Part shown: piece by piece, positions 38,511 to 46,103 of the stretch
Layout of the letters: the number at the start of each line of letters is the position of its first letter
Position numbering within the stretch: the stretch's first letter is position 1
Assembly (NCBI GenBank): GCA_050287845.1
Contig: JBNKCR010000049.1
Location: 1 to 46,103, forward strand
DNA from: Polyangia bacterium
GTDB taxonomy: Bacteria; Myxococcota_A; Polyangia; JAAYKL01
DNA: 46,103 bases
Reading direction: 5' to 3'
Notes under the pieces: model-generated
What the model was told of the DNA's origin: nothing
What the model saw: only the letters and a program-made list of their open reading frames with translations
Databases searched by the model: none
Position numbers and translations under genes: made by a program

Positions 38511-39138
38511 CCGCATTCCGCTGAATGTAGAAGGCGACGAATGCTCCAAGGTAATGCCATCCCGAAAGAATGCTCACGGCGAAACCCGTGATGATAGAGA
38601 GCATCCCGCCGTGAATGAGCGCCCAACCAGGTGTGAGGCCAGCCACCTGCCATTCCGGGGGACAGGCGCCCGGCCGCGATAGCATCACCCCCAGAAACAG
38701 CAGGAAAAACGCCCATTGAAACAGACTCGATTTGGCTTTTCCAATCCACGAGGAAGGCAGCGTCCCCCCATTGCTGTACACATAGGTACGCAATACGGTT
38801 ACGGTGAATTCACGGAACAGGTACAGGATGAGCCATCCCATCCACAGTTCGCCATCGGCCACACCGATTATGAAACAGGTGGACTCGAAAACGAGATCAC
38901 CCAGTTGATCAATCAACGCCCCGAGCTCGGTGGTCTGGTTCAGTTTTCGCGCTAGAATCCCGTCGAACAAATCGGTGATACCCACAACCAGGCCGAAAGC
39001 GAGCGTCAACCCGGGACTGTCCAGCACAAACCAGCAGAGGGGAAGAAACGGTGTGACCACCAGTCTGAACAGCGACATGGAATTGGGCACATTGAACAAA
39101 TCTTTAAAAAAAAATTTCAAGGGAATTACTCCGTGCAC
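38497..39138 (-). CDS. CDP-alcohol phosphatidyltransferase (PgsA family)
   Basis: 'PNSMSLFRL', signature 'TDLFDGILARKLNQTTELGALIDQLGD', 'REFTVTVLR', 'GKAKS'. Confidence 0.9.
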   Translation of the reverse strand: MHGVIPLKFFFKDLFNVPNSMSLFRLVVTPFLPLCWFVLDSPGLTLAFGLVVGITDLFDGILARKLNQTTELGALIDQLGDLVFESTCFIIGVADGELWMGWLILYLFREFTVTVLRTYVYSNGGTLPSSWIGKAKSSLFQWAFFLLFLGVMLSRPGACPPEWQVAGLTPGWALIHGGMLSIITGFAVSILSGWHYLGAFVAFYIQRNADENR

Positions 39139-39608
39139 ATCTGATCTTCGGGATCATCCGCATCTTCCGCTGCCGCCACATCACAGGGGGTTGCCGGTTT
39201 GCTGTGGAGCACCGGATCCCTGTCCGTAATGGGCAGTCGCGATACCGACGCAGCAACGGTGAGGGTCCAGGTAACCTCTGCGCTCAATCCTTCGGGCCGA
39301 TTGCGATTGTCCGCCTCAGAAGGCAGGTAGACCATATCGCCCCCCAGTCTGCACGCTTCGGCCACAACCCATTTTCGGCAGGCCCCTTTGTCGTAGTCGG
39401 GACAATTCTTCAGAAAAATCACTCCCACATCCCGATACGGGTGGTCCGGGGCGCTTCCCGCTTCCAGAACCGCCACGTCGCAGTTCTCACTTCTGGGCGG
39501 AAGAACAGGCCCGATTCGCGTTGATGTTACCGGCGCGCATCCCCCCAGACAGAGGATGCCCGCAAGCAGGATGATAATTGCAATACTGCTGATATTTCTG
39601 GCATTCAT
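39126..39608 (-). CDS. Hypothetical lipoprotein
   Basis: Lipobox 'LGGC'; 'P.RPY..VG', 'EAC.LGGD.V'; tightly packed between glmU and the PgsA-like gene. Confidence 0.7.
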   Translation of the reverse strand: MNARNISSIAIIILLAGILCLGGCAPVTSTRIGPVLPPRSENCDVAVLEAGSAPDHPYRDVGVIFLKNCPDYDKGACRKWVVAEACRLGGDMVYLPSEADNRNRPEGLSAEVTWTLTVAASVSRLPITDRDPVLHSKPATPCDVAAAEDADDPEDQMCTE

Positions 39609-39610
39609 AT

Positions 39611-41035
39611 TCAGATTCGCATTTCTTTTTTAAGTTTGTCCCTGGCTTTTCGAAGCCGCTCCCGCAGTTGTTCCCCAAATCCCGGTTTATTGATCTGACG
39701 CCCCCGGGAAATGGCCAGCCCATTGGCGGGCACTTCGTGGGTGACCGTTGTTCCTGTGGCGATATAAGCGCCTTCCCGAATTATCACCGGAGCTACCATC
39801 TGGGAATCAGACCCCACAAACACGTTGTCTTCGATGGTGGTCCGGTGTTTGAGAAAGCCGTCGTAATTGCAGAAAATGCATCCGGCGCCAATATTCACGT
39901 TGCGACCGATGACCCCGTCTCCCAGATATGCGAGATGATTGGCCTTGGAACCTTCGCCCAGCACCGTGTTTTTCAGTTCCACCCAGTTGCCCACATGGGC
40001 GTTTTCAAGGAGATGTGCCCCGGGACGCAGACGCGCCATGGGACCCACGGTGGCATACCGGTCAACGATGGCGTTTTCAACCACCGAATATGCCTTTATC
40101 ACCACATCCGCTGCAATTACGGAGTCGCGAATCACGGCGCCGGGCTCAATGATGCATCCTGGTCCGATGCGGGTGGTTCCCTGCAGATGCACCCCCGCGC
40201 TGATACGGGTATCCGCGCCGATTTCGCAGAGCGTATCGATATGCACTGTATCCGGCGACTGAATGGTGACACCGGCCGCCATCCACCGGTTGTTGATTTC
40301 TTTTTGCAGCGTCTGTTCGATGGCCAGCAGATCAAACCGGTCATTGACCCCGGCAACCTCCTCCGGCGCCGTCTCCACCGTGGCCACCAGCGCGGACGCA
40401 GATGCCATCTCAACCAGGTCAGTCAGGTACAATTCGCTCTGAGCATTGTCCGCTTTCAGCTCTGAAACCGACTCCCGGAGAAAATCCGCATCCACCAGAT
40501 AAATTCCGGCATTTACCTCCCTGACGCGCTTCTGCGCATCGGTGCAATCCCGAAATTCCCGAATGGCCACCGGACGTTGCCGGTCATCCCGAATCACCCG
40601 GCCGTAACTGCCCGCATCCTGCGGGCAGAACGTGACAAAAGCCATGGGCCCCCCCACATCTCGGTATGCCTGTTCGAGCTGCAAAAGCGTCTGCTTTTTC
40701 AGAAGGGGGACATCCCCGGAAAGAATGTATACCTGTCCGTGAAAATCCCGGAGCGCGTCCATGCCGGTCATCACCGCGTGCCCGGTTCCCCGCTGTTCTG
40801 TCTGATGGGCAAAAACCACAGTCTGCCGGTCCGCCGCTTTGTCAACCGCCGCTTCCACCTCCTCCCGCTGATGGCCCACCACCACGGCAGTCACCACACT
40901 GCCCAATTCCCTGGCAAGCGCCAGGGGATATGACACCAGCGGCAATCCGCAGACCTCGTGAAGCACCTTGGCCCGTTCAGATTTCATCCGTGTGCCTTTT
41001 CCGGCGGCGAGTATGATTGTGGCGATGCTGGACAT
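39611..41035 (-). CDS. glmU: Bifunctional UDP-N-acetylglucosamine pyrophosphorylase / glucosamine-1-phosphate N-acetyltransferase
   Basis: 'IILAAGKGTRMKS..KVLH', 'Q.EQRGTGHAV', 'GDVPL', 'EVNAGIY', 'GVNDR', hexapeptide repeats, 'HLAYLGD', 'CNYDG'; RBS AGGAG. Confidence 0.97.
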   Translation of the reverse strand: MSSIATIILAAGKGTRMKSERAKVLHEVCGLPLVSYPLALARELGSVVTAVVVGHQREEVEAAVDKAADRQTVVFAHQTEQRGTGHAVMTGMDALRDFHGQVYILSGDVPLLKKQTLLQLEQAYRDVGGPMAFVTFCPQDAGSYGRVIRDDRQRPVAIREFRDCTDAQKRVREVNAGIYLVDADFLRESVSELKADNAQSELYLTDLVEMASASALVATVETAPEEVAGVNDRFDLLAIEQTLQKEINNRWMAAGVTIQSPDTVHIDTLCEIGADTRISAGVHLQGTTRIGPGCIIEPGAVIRDSVIAADVVIKAYSVVENAIVDRYATVGPMARLRPGAHLLENAHVGNWVELKNTVLGEGSKANHLAYLGDGVIGRNVNIGAGCIFCNYDGFLKHRTTIEDNVFVGSDSQMVAPVIIREGAYIATGTTVTHEVPANGLAISRGRQINKPGFGEQLRERLRKARDKLKKEMRI

Positions 41036-41172
41036 GTACAACTCCTGTTTCAGACCATCCCGGATCTGTCAAAACTTCATCAGATGACACCGGGCATTTC
41101 CCATTCAGCCCAACCTGAAGATTAGGCCGTTGTACAATTAATGCGCGGACAATTCAAACGGGAAATGGGGGT

Positions 41173-42798
41173 TCAGTTATATGCGGAACGGGGAGGTTCC
41201 TGATTATTGATGAGGGATTCCAGTGATGCCTGCAGCGATTTCATATCGAAGGGTTTCTGAATAAAGGCATCGGCGCCTTCGGCAAGGAGCTGCTCGGCTT
41301 TTTCCTCCTTGCTGTACCCGGAGGAGAGCAATACAGGAACATCGGCCGAAATCTCCTTGAGGCGCAAAAACGTTTCTTCGCCATCCATCACCGGCATCAT
41401 CATGTCCAGAATCACCACCGACAGTTTCTCCTTGTGTTCTGAAAAAACGCGGATGCCTTCCATCCCATCGGCGGCAAGCAGCACCTGATATCCCATTTTT
41501 TCCAGGATTCTCTTTCCCGCCAGTCGAATCATCTCCTCATCATCCACCAGCAGAATGGTAGGGGTGGGCACGTTGGATGGGGTTTTGCGCTCAAGGGTCG
41601 TACCCATTTCCTGAGAGATATTCTGGGATACCGGCAACAGCAACGTGACCGAAGTGCCTTCATTGGGAATACTCTCCAGGATCACCGCGCCCCCGTGGTT
41701 TTTCACGGTGCCATACACCATGGGCAATCCGAGCCCCGACCCCGACCCCAGCGGCTTGGTGGTAAAAAACGGCTCAAACGCCATGTTCATCACTTCCGGC
41801 GCCATCCCGCGTCCGGTGTCGGTTACCACGATTTCCACATAATCCCCTTCTTCCAGCGCATCAATTTCCAAAAACCCGTTCCAGTGATTGCTGCCTTCTC
41901 CAATCCGTTTTCGGGCCACACGAATCTCCAGATGTCCGCTGTCGCCCATGGAGTCCACGGCGTTGATACAGATATTCATCAGCGCATGATGGAGTTGAGT
42001 CGGATCGCCGAATACCTCGATATTCGCATCTGCTATTTTGCGTGAAATGACAATTTTTCTCGAAATGGTATGGGCCAGCAGGTCGGTGGCCTCGTCCACG
42101 ATTCGGGCAATGGAAAAGTTTTCCCGCCGGTACTTGCCCCGCCGGGCAAACCCCAGCAGGTTCAGCATCAGGTTCTTGCCTTTACGGCAGGCCTTGAGAA
42201 TCTGTTCCAAATCCTGGATGGCGCGGTTATCCTGATCCATTTCGGCATGCATCACAGATGCAAACCCCATAATGGCGCCCAGGGTATTGTTCATATCATG
42301 GGCCACGCCGCCGGCCAGACGCCCCAGCGCTTCCATCTTCTGGGACTGTCGCAACTGCTGCTCCACATCCCGGTTCTTTTTCTTTCCTTCAATATCGCTC
42401 AGAAAGCCCGCAATGGCAGGCTCGCCATTCCAGTCGATGGCGACAAAATTGGCATTGAACCAACGGGATGATTCGTTGCCCGGCCCCATCTGCACATCGA
42501 GCATCAGGTTTTCGCCGTTGGTGAGGGATGGCGACGAAAACCAGCACTGCATCTGCTCCAGACATCGGGGCTGAAATATCTCCCTGATGGGCATATTAAT
42601 GAAATCTTTCCTTGAAGTGTTAAACAGACTGGCCAATGCGGTGTTCACGTATGCGACCGCGCCGGATTTCAGCACCACGATGGGCGTTCGATTCAGCTCC
42701 ATCAATGGCATGTCCGCATTGCCCAGATGCAGTTGTCCGTCGCTGGTTTCAAACTGCGCTGTGCTCAGATTCTCAGCCGTATAGTCTTTCGTTCCCAT
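41173..42798 (-). CDS. Hybrid PAS sensor histidine kinase / receiver protein
   Basis: PAS-like N-terminus; 'QSQKMEALGRLAGGVAHDMNN', 'NICINAVDSM', 'DTGRGM', 'FEPFFTTK..G.GLGL'; receiver 'ILLVDDE', 'ILDMMMP', 'FIQKPF'. Confidence 0.95.
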   Translation of the reverse strand: MGTKDYTAENLSTAQFETSDGQLHLGNADMPLMELNRTPIVVLKSGAVAYVNTALASLFNTSRKDFINMPIREIFQPRCLEQMQCWFSSPSLTNGENLMLDVQMGPGNESSRWFNANFVAIDWNGEPAIAGFLSDIEGKKKNRDVEQQLRQSQKMEALGRLAGGVAHDMNNTLGAIMGFASVMHAEMDQDNRAIQDLEQILKACRKGKNLMLNLLGFARRGKYRRENFSIARIVDEATDLLAHTISRKIVISRKIADANIEVFGDPTQLHHALMNICINAVDSMGDSGHLEIRVARKRIGEGSNHWNGFLEIDALEEGDYVEIVVTDTGRGMAPEVMNMAFEPFFTTKPLGSGSGLGLPMVYGTVKNHGGAVILESIPNEGTSVTLLLPVSQNISQEMGTTLERKTPSNVPTPTILLVDDEEMIRLAGKRILEKMGYQVLLAADGMEGIRVFSEHKEKLSVVILDMMMPVMDGEETFLRLKEISADVPVLLSSGYSKEEKAEQLLAEGADAFIQKPFDMKSLQASLESLINNQEPPRSAYN

Positions 42799-42999
42799 CA
42801 AACCATTACCCCTTTTCTACTTTGCGATTAAGTTGAAGTTGTTCTATATAGTCGCTGTTGGGCACCACGCAAGGCATACACAGTTTACGCAACTAATTAT
42901 TTTGAGTAAATTGAATTACTCGATACGCAGACTGTGAATAACCTGTGAATAACTGAACACTTTTTTTTGAATAGTGAATTTTGATAGAATAACTGGAAC

Positions 43000-44817
43000 A
43001 TGTCTGGACTTGAATCGTTGACGTTGGATTGGCAGGGATGGCTGACGCTTGTGGTGGTCACGATAGTCATCATCACCCTGGTTCGGGAATGGCTTTCTCC
43101 GGAAGTGGCGTTGTCTGCGGGTTTCGGCATTCTGCTGGCCAGCGGCATCATTGACGTGAATGTGGCCATGGACGGCTTTGCCAATCACGGTCTGCTGACC
43201 ATTGCCGCCCTGTTTGTGGTGGCGCAGGCGGTATCCGAAAGTGGCGGACTTTCGAGCATTGCCAATCAGTTTCTGGGAAAATCCACCAATCTCACCGTTG
43301 TATATGCGCGCATGGTGCTCCCGGTGACCGCCGTATCTGCATTTCTGAACAACACGCCGGTGGTGGCCATTTTTGTTCCCCTGGTCCGATCCTGGGCAAA
43401 TCGCATAGGCCTGTCCCCATCAAAGCTGTTGATTCCACTCTCCTACGCATCCATCCTGGGGGGCATGTGCACCCTTATTGGAACCTCCACCAACCTGGTG
43501 GTCAGCGGCATGATGTCCAGTCACGGCGCTGCGCCCATCGGCATGTTTGAAATTACCCGGCTCGGTTTGCCGGCGGCCATTGCCGGAGTGCTGTTTCTGC
43601 TGTTTTTCGCGGACAAACTGTTGCCAAAACGCGACGACCTGAAAGTGCGTATGGAAGGCGAAGCCAGAGAATACCTGGTCGAAATGGTCATTCGCAAATC
43701 ATGTTCACTCATCGGGCAGACGGTGGAGGAAGGCGGACTACGCGGATTGCAGGGGCTGTTTCTGGTTCGTGTGGAGCGGGGGGACAAAGTGTATGGTCCG
43801 GTAGCGCCGAATTTCATGCTGCGCGAAAACGATCGATTGCGCTTTACAGGCCTGGTGTCTACCATTGTGGACCTGCAGCAAATCAAGGGACTGGTCCCGG
43901 TGGAAGCCGCAGAGCTCGACCTTTCGTCCCAGCCCAGCGTCAAGGAAACCCAACTGTTTGAAGTAGTGGTGGCGCCCGGTTCTCCACTGGTGGGGCAGGG
44001 CATTCGTCAGGCCGGATTCCGATATCGATACGAAGCAGCCATTATTGCCGTGCATCGCTCGGGACAGCGCATCATCTCCAAAATCGGTGACATCGTGCTC
44101 AAGGCCGGTGATACCCTGATGCTCGAAGCGCCCGAGGACTTTTCCCGCAGATGGTACAACTCCACTCACTTTTATCTCGTATCACAGATTCCGGATGTCA
44201 CCCGGGCGCGCCACGAACTGGCCAGCCGGGTGTTTCTCATTGTGGGTGTAATGATTCTGCTGCCGGCTCTCGGCATTGTGCCCATGATTGTATCGGCGTT
44301 CTGTGCAGCGTCGCTGCTGCTGGCCACCAAATCCATTTCCGGTGCTTCGGCGGCGCGGTCCATCAATATTCCCATTCTGGTGGTCATCGCCTGTGCCCTG
44401 GGGATTGGGAAGGCCATCGAAAATTCCGGGCTGGCGCACATCACTGCGGCATATCTGGTGCAGGCGGTCCAGGATCTGGGCCCGGTGGCGCCCCTGGCCG
44501 CGGTGATGGTATTGACAAATATATTTACCGAACTGGTGACCAACAAGGCATCGGCCGCCATGTTTTTTCCGGTGGCCATTGCCACGGCCACCGAGATGGG
44601 ATTTGCTGCAGACTCTCCCCAGATGCGGGCATTCCAGATGTGCGTGGCGGTATCGGCAGCGGCGTCTTTCGCCACGCCCCTCGGTTATCAGACCAACCTT
44701 ATTGTCTACGGTCCCGGCGGTTACAGATACAGCGACTTCCTTAAAGTGGGGGTTCCCATGAACATCCTCGTCATCGCGGTGGGCGTCCTCAGCGCCTGGT
44801 ATTTTTATTTCCGGTAA
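43000..44817 (+). CDS. SLC13/CitMHS-type permease with two TrkA-C domains
   Basis: 'SAFLNNTPVV', 'LLIPLSYASILGGMCTLIGTSTN', TrkA-C 'SPLVGQ.IR..FR.RY...IIAVHR.G', 'ASFATPLGYQTNLIVYGPGGY..DF.KVG'. Confidence 0.93.
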   Translation: MSGLESLTLDWQGWLTLVVVTIVIITLVREWLSPEVALSAGFGILLASGIIDVNVAMDGFANHGLLTIAALFVVAQAVSESGGLSSIANQFLGKSTNLTVVYARMVLPVTAVSAFLNNTPVVAIFVPLVRSWANRIGLSPSKLLIPLSYASILGGMCTLIGTSTNLVVSGMMSSHGAAPIGMFEITRLGLPAAIAGVLFLLFFADKLLPKRDDLKVRMEGEAREYLVEMVIRKSCSLIGQTVEEGGLRGLQGLFLVRVERGDKVYGPVAPNFMLRENDRLRFTGLVSTIVDLQQIKGLVPVEAAELDLSSQPSVKETQLFEVVVAPGSPLVGQGIRQAGFRYRYEAAIIAVHRSGQRIISKIGDIVLKAGDTLMLEAPEDFSRRWYNSTHFYLVSQIPDVTRARHELASRVFLIVGVMILLPALGIVPMIVSAFCAASLLLATKSISGASAARSINIPILVVIACALGIGKAIENSGLAHITAAYLVQAVQDLGPVAPLAAVMVLTNIFTELVTNKASAAMFFPVAIATATEMGFAADSPQMRAFQMCVAVSAAASFATPLGYQTNLIVYGPGGYRYSDFLKVGVPMNILVIAVGVLSAWYFYFR

Positions 44818-44856
44818 CTGCAATGCAATCAATTTCGGAAAACCGACAGGTCCAGC

Positions 44857-45258
44857 TCAGGAGATTTCGGCCAATGGCGTATCAATGACGTCGATGACTT
44901 CCTGCAGCGCATCGTCCGGAGGTCCATTTTCGGCGATGCCGGCACGAGCCACATGGCGAATTCGCTGAAGCAGTCTGTCGGCCTGTGAGTGTTCGTCCAT
45001 CCGCCGATGAATGTCCACTGCTTCCAGCTCAAGCTTCAGATACACAAGAAGCTGGTGGTTGTTGCTCAGCATAGCGGCAATGCTGTCGGCGTCCATCATG
45101 CGCAGCAACCGCACATCCACTCCCAGTAAATCGCCCAGTGCGCCATCTATCAGCCTGAACGCCTCGTCGTAATTCTCTTCAACCTTGCAACCGCCAATCC
45201 GTGCCAGACTGTCGGCAAGCTGCTGAATCATCCGCATAATGTAGTCCTGTTCAAACAT
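44857..45258 (-). CDS. DUF6483-like hypothetical protein
   Basis: N-terminus 'MFEQDYIMRMIQQLADSLARI' is typical of this family. Confidence 0.7.
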   Translation of the reverse strand: MFEQDYIMRMIQQLADSLARIGGCKVEENYDEAFRLIDGALGDLLGVDVRLLRMMDADSIAAMLSNNHQLLVYLKLELEAVDIHRRMDEHSQADRLLQRIRHVARAGIAENGPPDDALQEVIDVIDTPLAEIS

Positions 45259-45405
45259 GCTGTTTATCCTTTGCACATATTTTCATTCCACACACACTGG
45301 TTACGTTTTTTATTTTTATTTGCAACAGATGGATCAAGCGATGAGGCGAAATATATTTCCTCGCTATTTCCCGATCATTTCTACTCAGACCATCATGTCG
45401 CCGGT

Positions 45406-45994
45406 CCCCAGTAAATTGACACCAGTAAATTGACACCAGTAAATTGGCCCAGCGAATTGGCCCCAGCGAATTGGCCCCAGCGAATTGATCCCCAGCAAAT
45501 TGACCCCAGCGAATTGGCCCCAGCGAATTGGCTCAGAGTGATTATTGTTCCGTTGTGCGAAGTTTGGATATGCGCGATGAATCTGCGGTTGATTTGATAT
45601 TTTGTTCAGGGTTCAGACGGAATGCGCCAGATTCCCCAGCGAATTGGCCCAGCGAATTGGCCCCAGCGAATTGGCTCAGAGTGATTATTGTTCCCAGCGA
45701 ATTGGCCCAGCGAATTGGCTCAAAGTGATTATTGTTCCGTTGTGCGAAGTTTGGATATGCGCGATGAATCTGCGGTTGATCTGATATTTTGTTCAGGGTT
45801 CAGACGGAATGCGCCAGATTCGTTCCGGGTGATTTGTGGTCACGCTGTCCCCAGCGAATTGGCTCAGAGTGATTATTGTTCCGTTGTGCGAAGTTTGGAT
45901 ATGCGCGATGAATCTGCGGTTGATCTGATATTTTGTTCAGGGTTCAAACGGAATGCGCCAGATTCGTTCCGGGTGATTTGTGGTCACGCTGTCC
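45406..45994. repeat. Nested direct-repeat array: 15 copies of a CCC(C)AGCGAATTGG-type motif, four extended into a shared downstream sequence
   Basis: Unit starts at 45406, 45420, 45434, 45448, 45461, 45475, 45490, 45504, 45518, 45634, 45648, 45661, 45693, 45706, 45849; long units of 116, 32 and 143 bp plus the final copy that runs on into unique sequence. Confidence 0.95.
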
Positions 45995-46103
45995 TCGGTT
46001 GAATTGCTCGTCGGGAAATCCTACAGTCCAGACGCACGTAACCAGAGTTGCAATGCATGCCATGCCATTTGCCGACGTCTTTTATCGATACCTGCTGCTA
46101 CAC

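Noticed and set aside
45406..45994. CRISPR array
   Set aside because: The repeat is only 13-14 bp, most copies abut directly, intervening sequences are copies of each other rather than unique spacers, and no cas genes are in the window.
45528..46002. ORFs 45528-45728, 45602-45784 and 45688-46002
   Set aside because: They are translations of the nested repeat with no RBS or recognisable domain.

Overview
Genomic segment from a myxobacterial/deltaproteobacterial-type organism (inferred from gene families). The dominant feature is a ~23 kb minus-strand, largely translationally coupled cluster (25020 to 2000). It joins three modules: (i) an Mts-like adhesin module (MYXO-CTERM thrombospondin type-3 protein, three VWA lipoproteins, a PPC-repeat lipoprotein and other lipoproteins); (ii) an ExbB/ExbD/ExbD (AglR/Q/S-like) proton-channel motor; and (iii) a Glt-like trans-envelope apparatus (GltF-, GltG-, GltA/B/H-, GltC- and GltD-like proteins). 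A good sigma-54 promoter sits in front of the cluster and an FHA-domain sigma-54 activator is encoded nearby. Two lipoprotein hemicellulases (GH11, GH54) with long Asp-Thr/Asp-Ser stalks lie between the activator and the cluster. The right third carries housekeeping, transport and signalling genes (Na+/alanine symporter, Zn-ribbon/TPR membrane protein, EAL-HDOD, YigZ, CDP-alcohol phosphatidyltransferase, glmU, hybrid histidine kinase, SLC13/TrkA-C permease, DUF6483-like). The window ends in an unusual non-coding array of 15 nested duplications that share a fixed start (CCC(C)AGCGAATTGG) but end at variable points. All family assignments come from motif recognition by eye, not from database searches.
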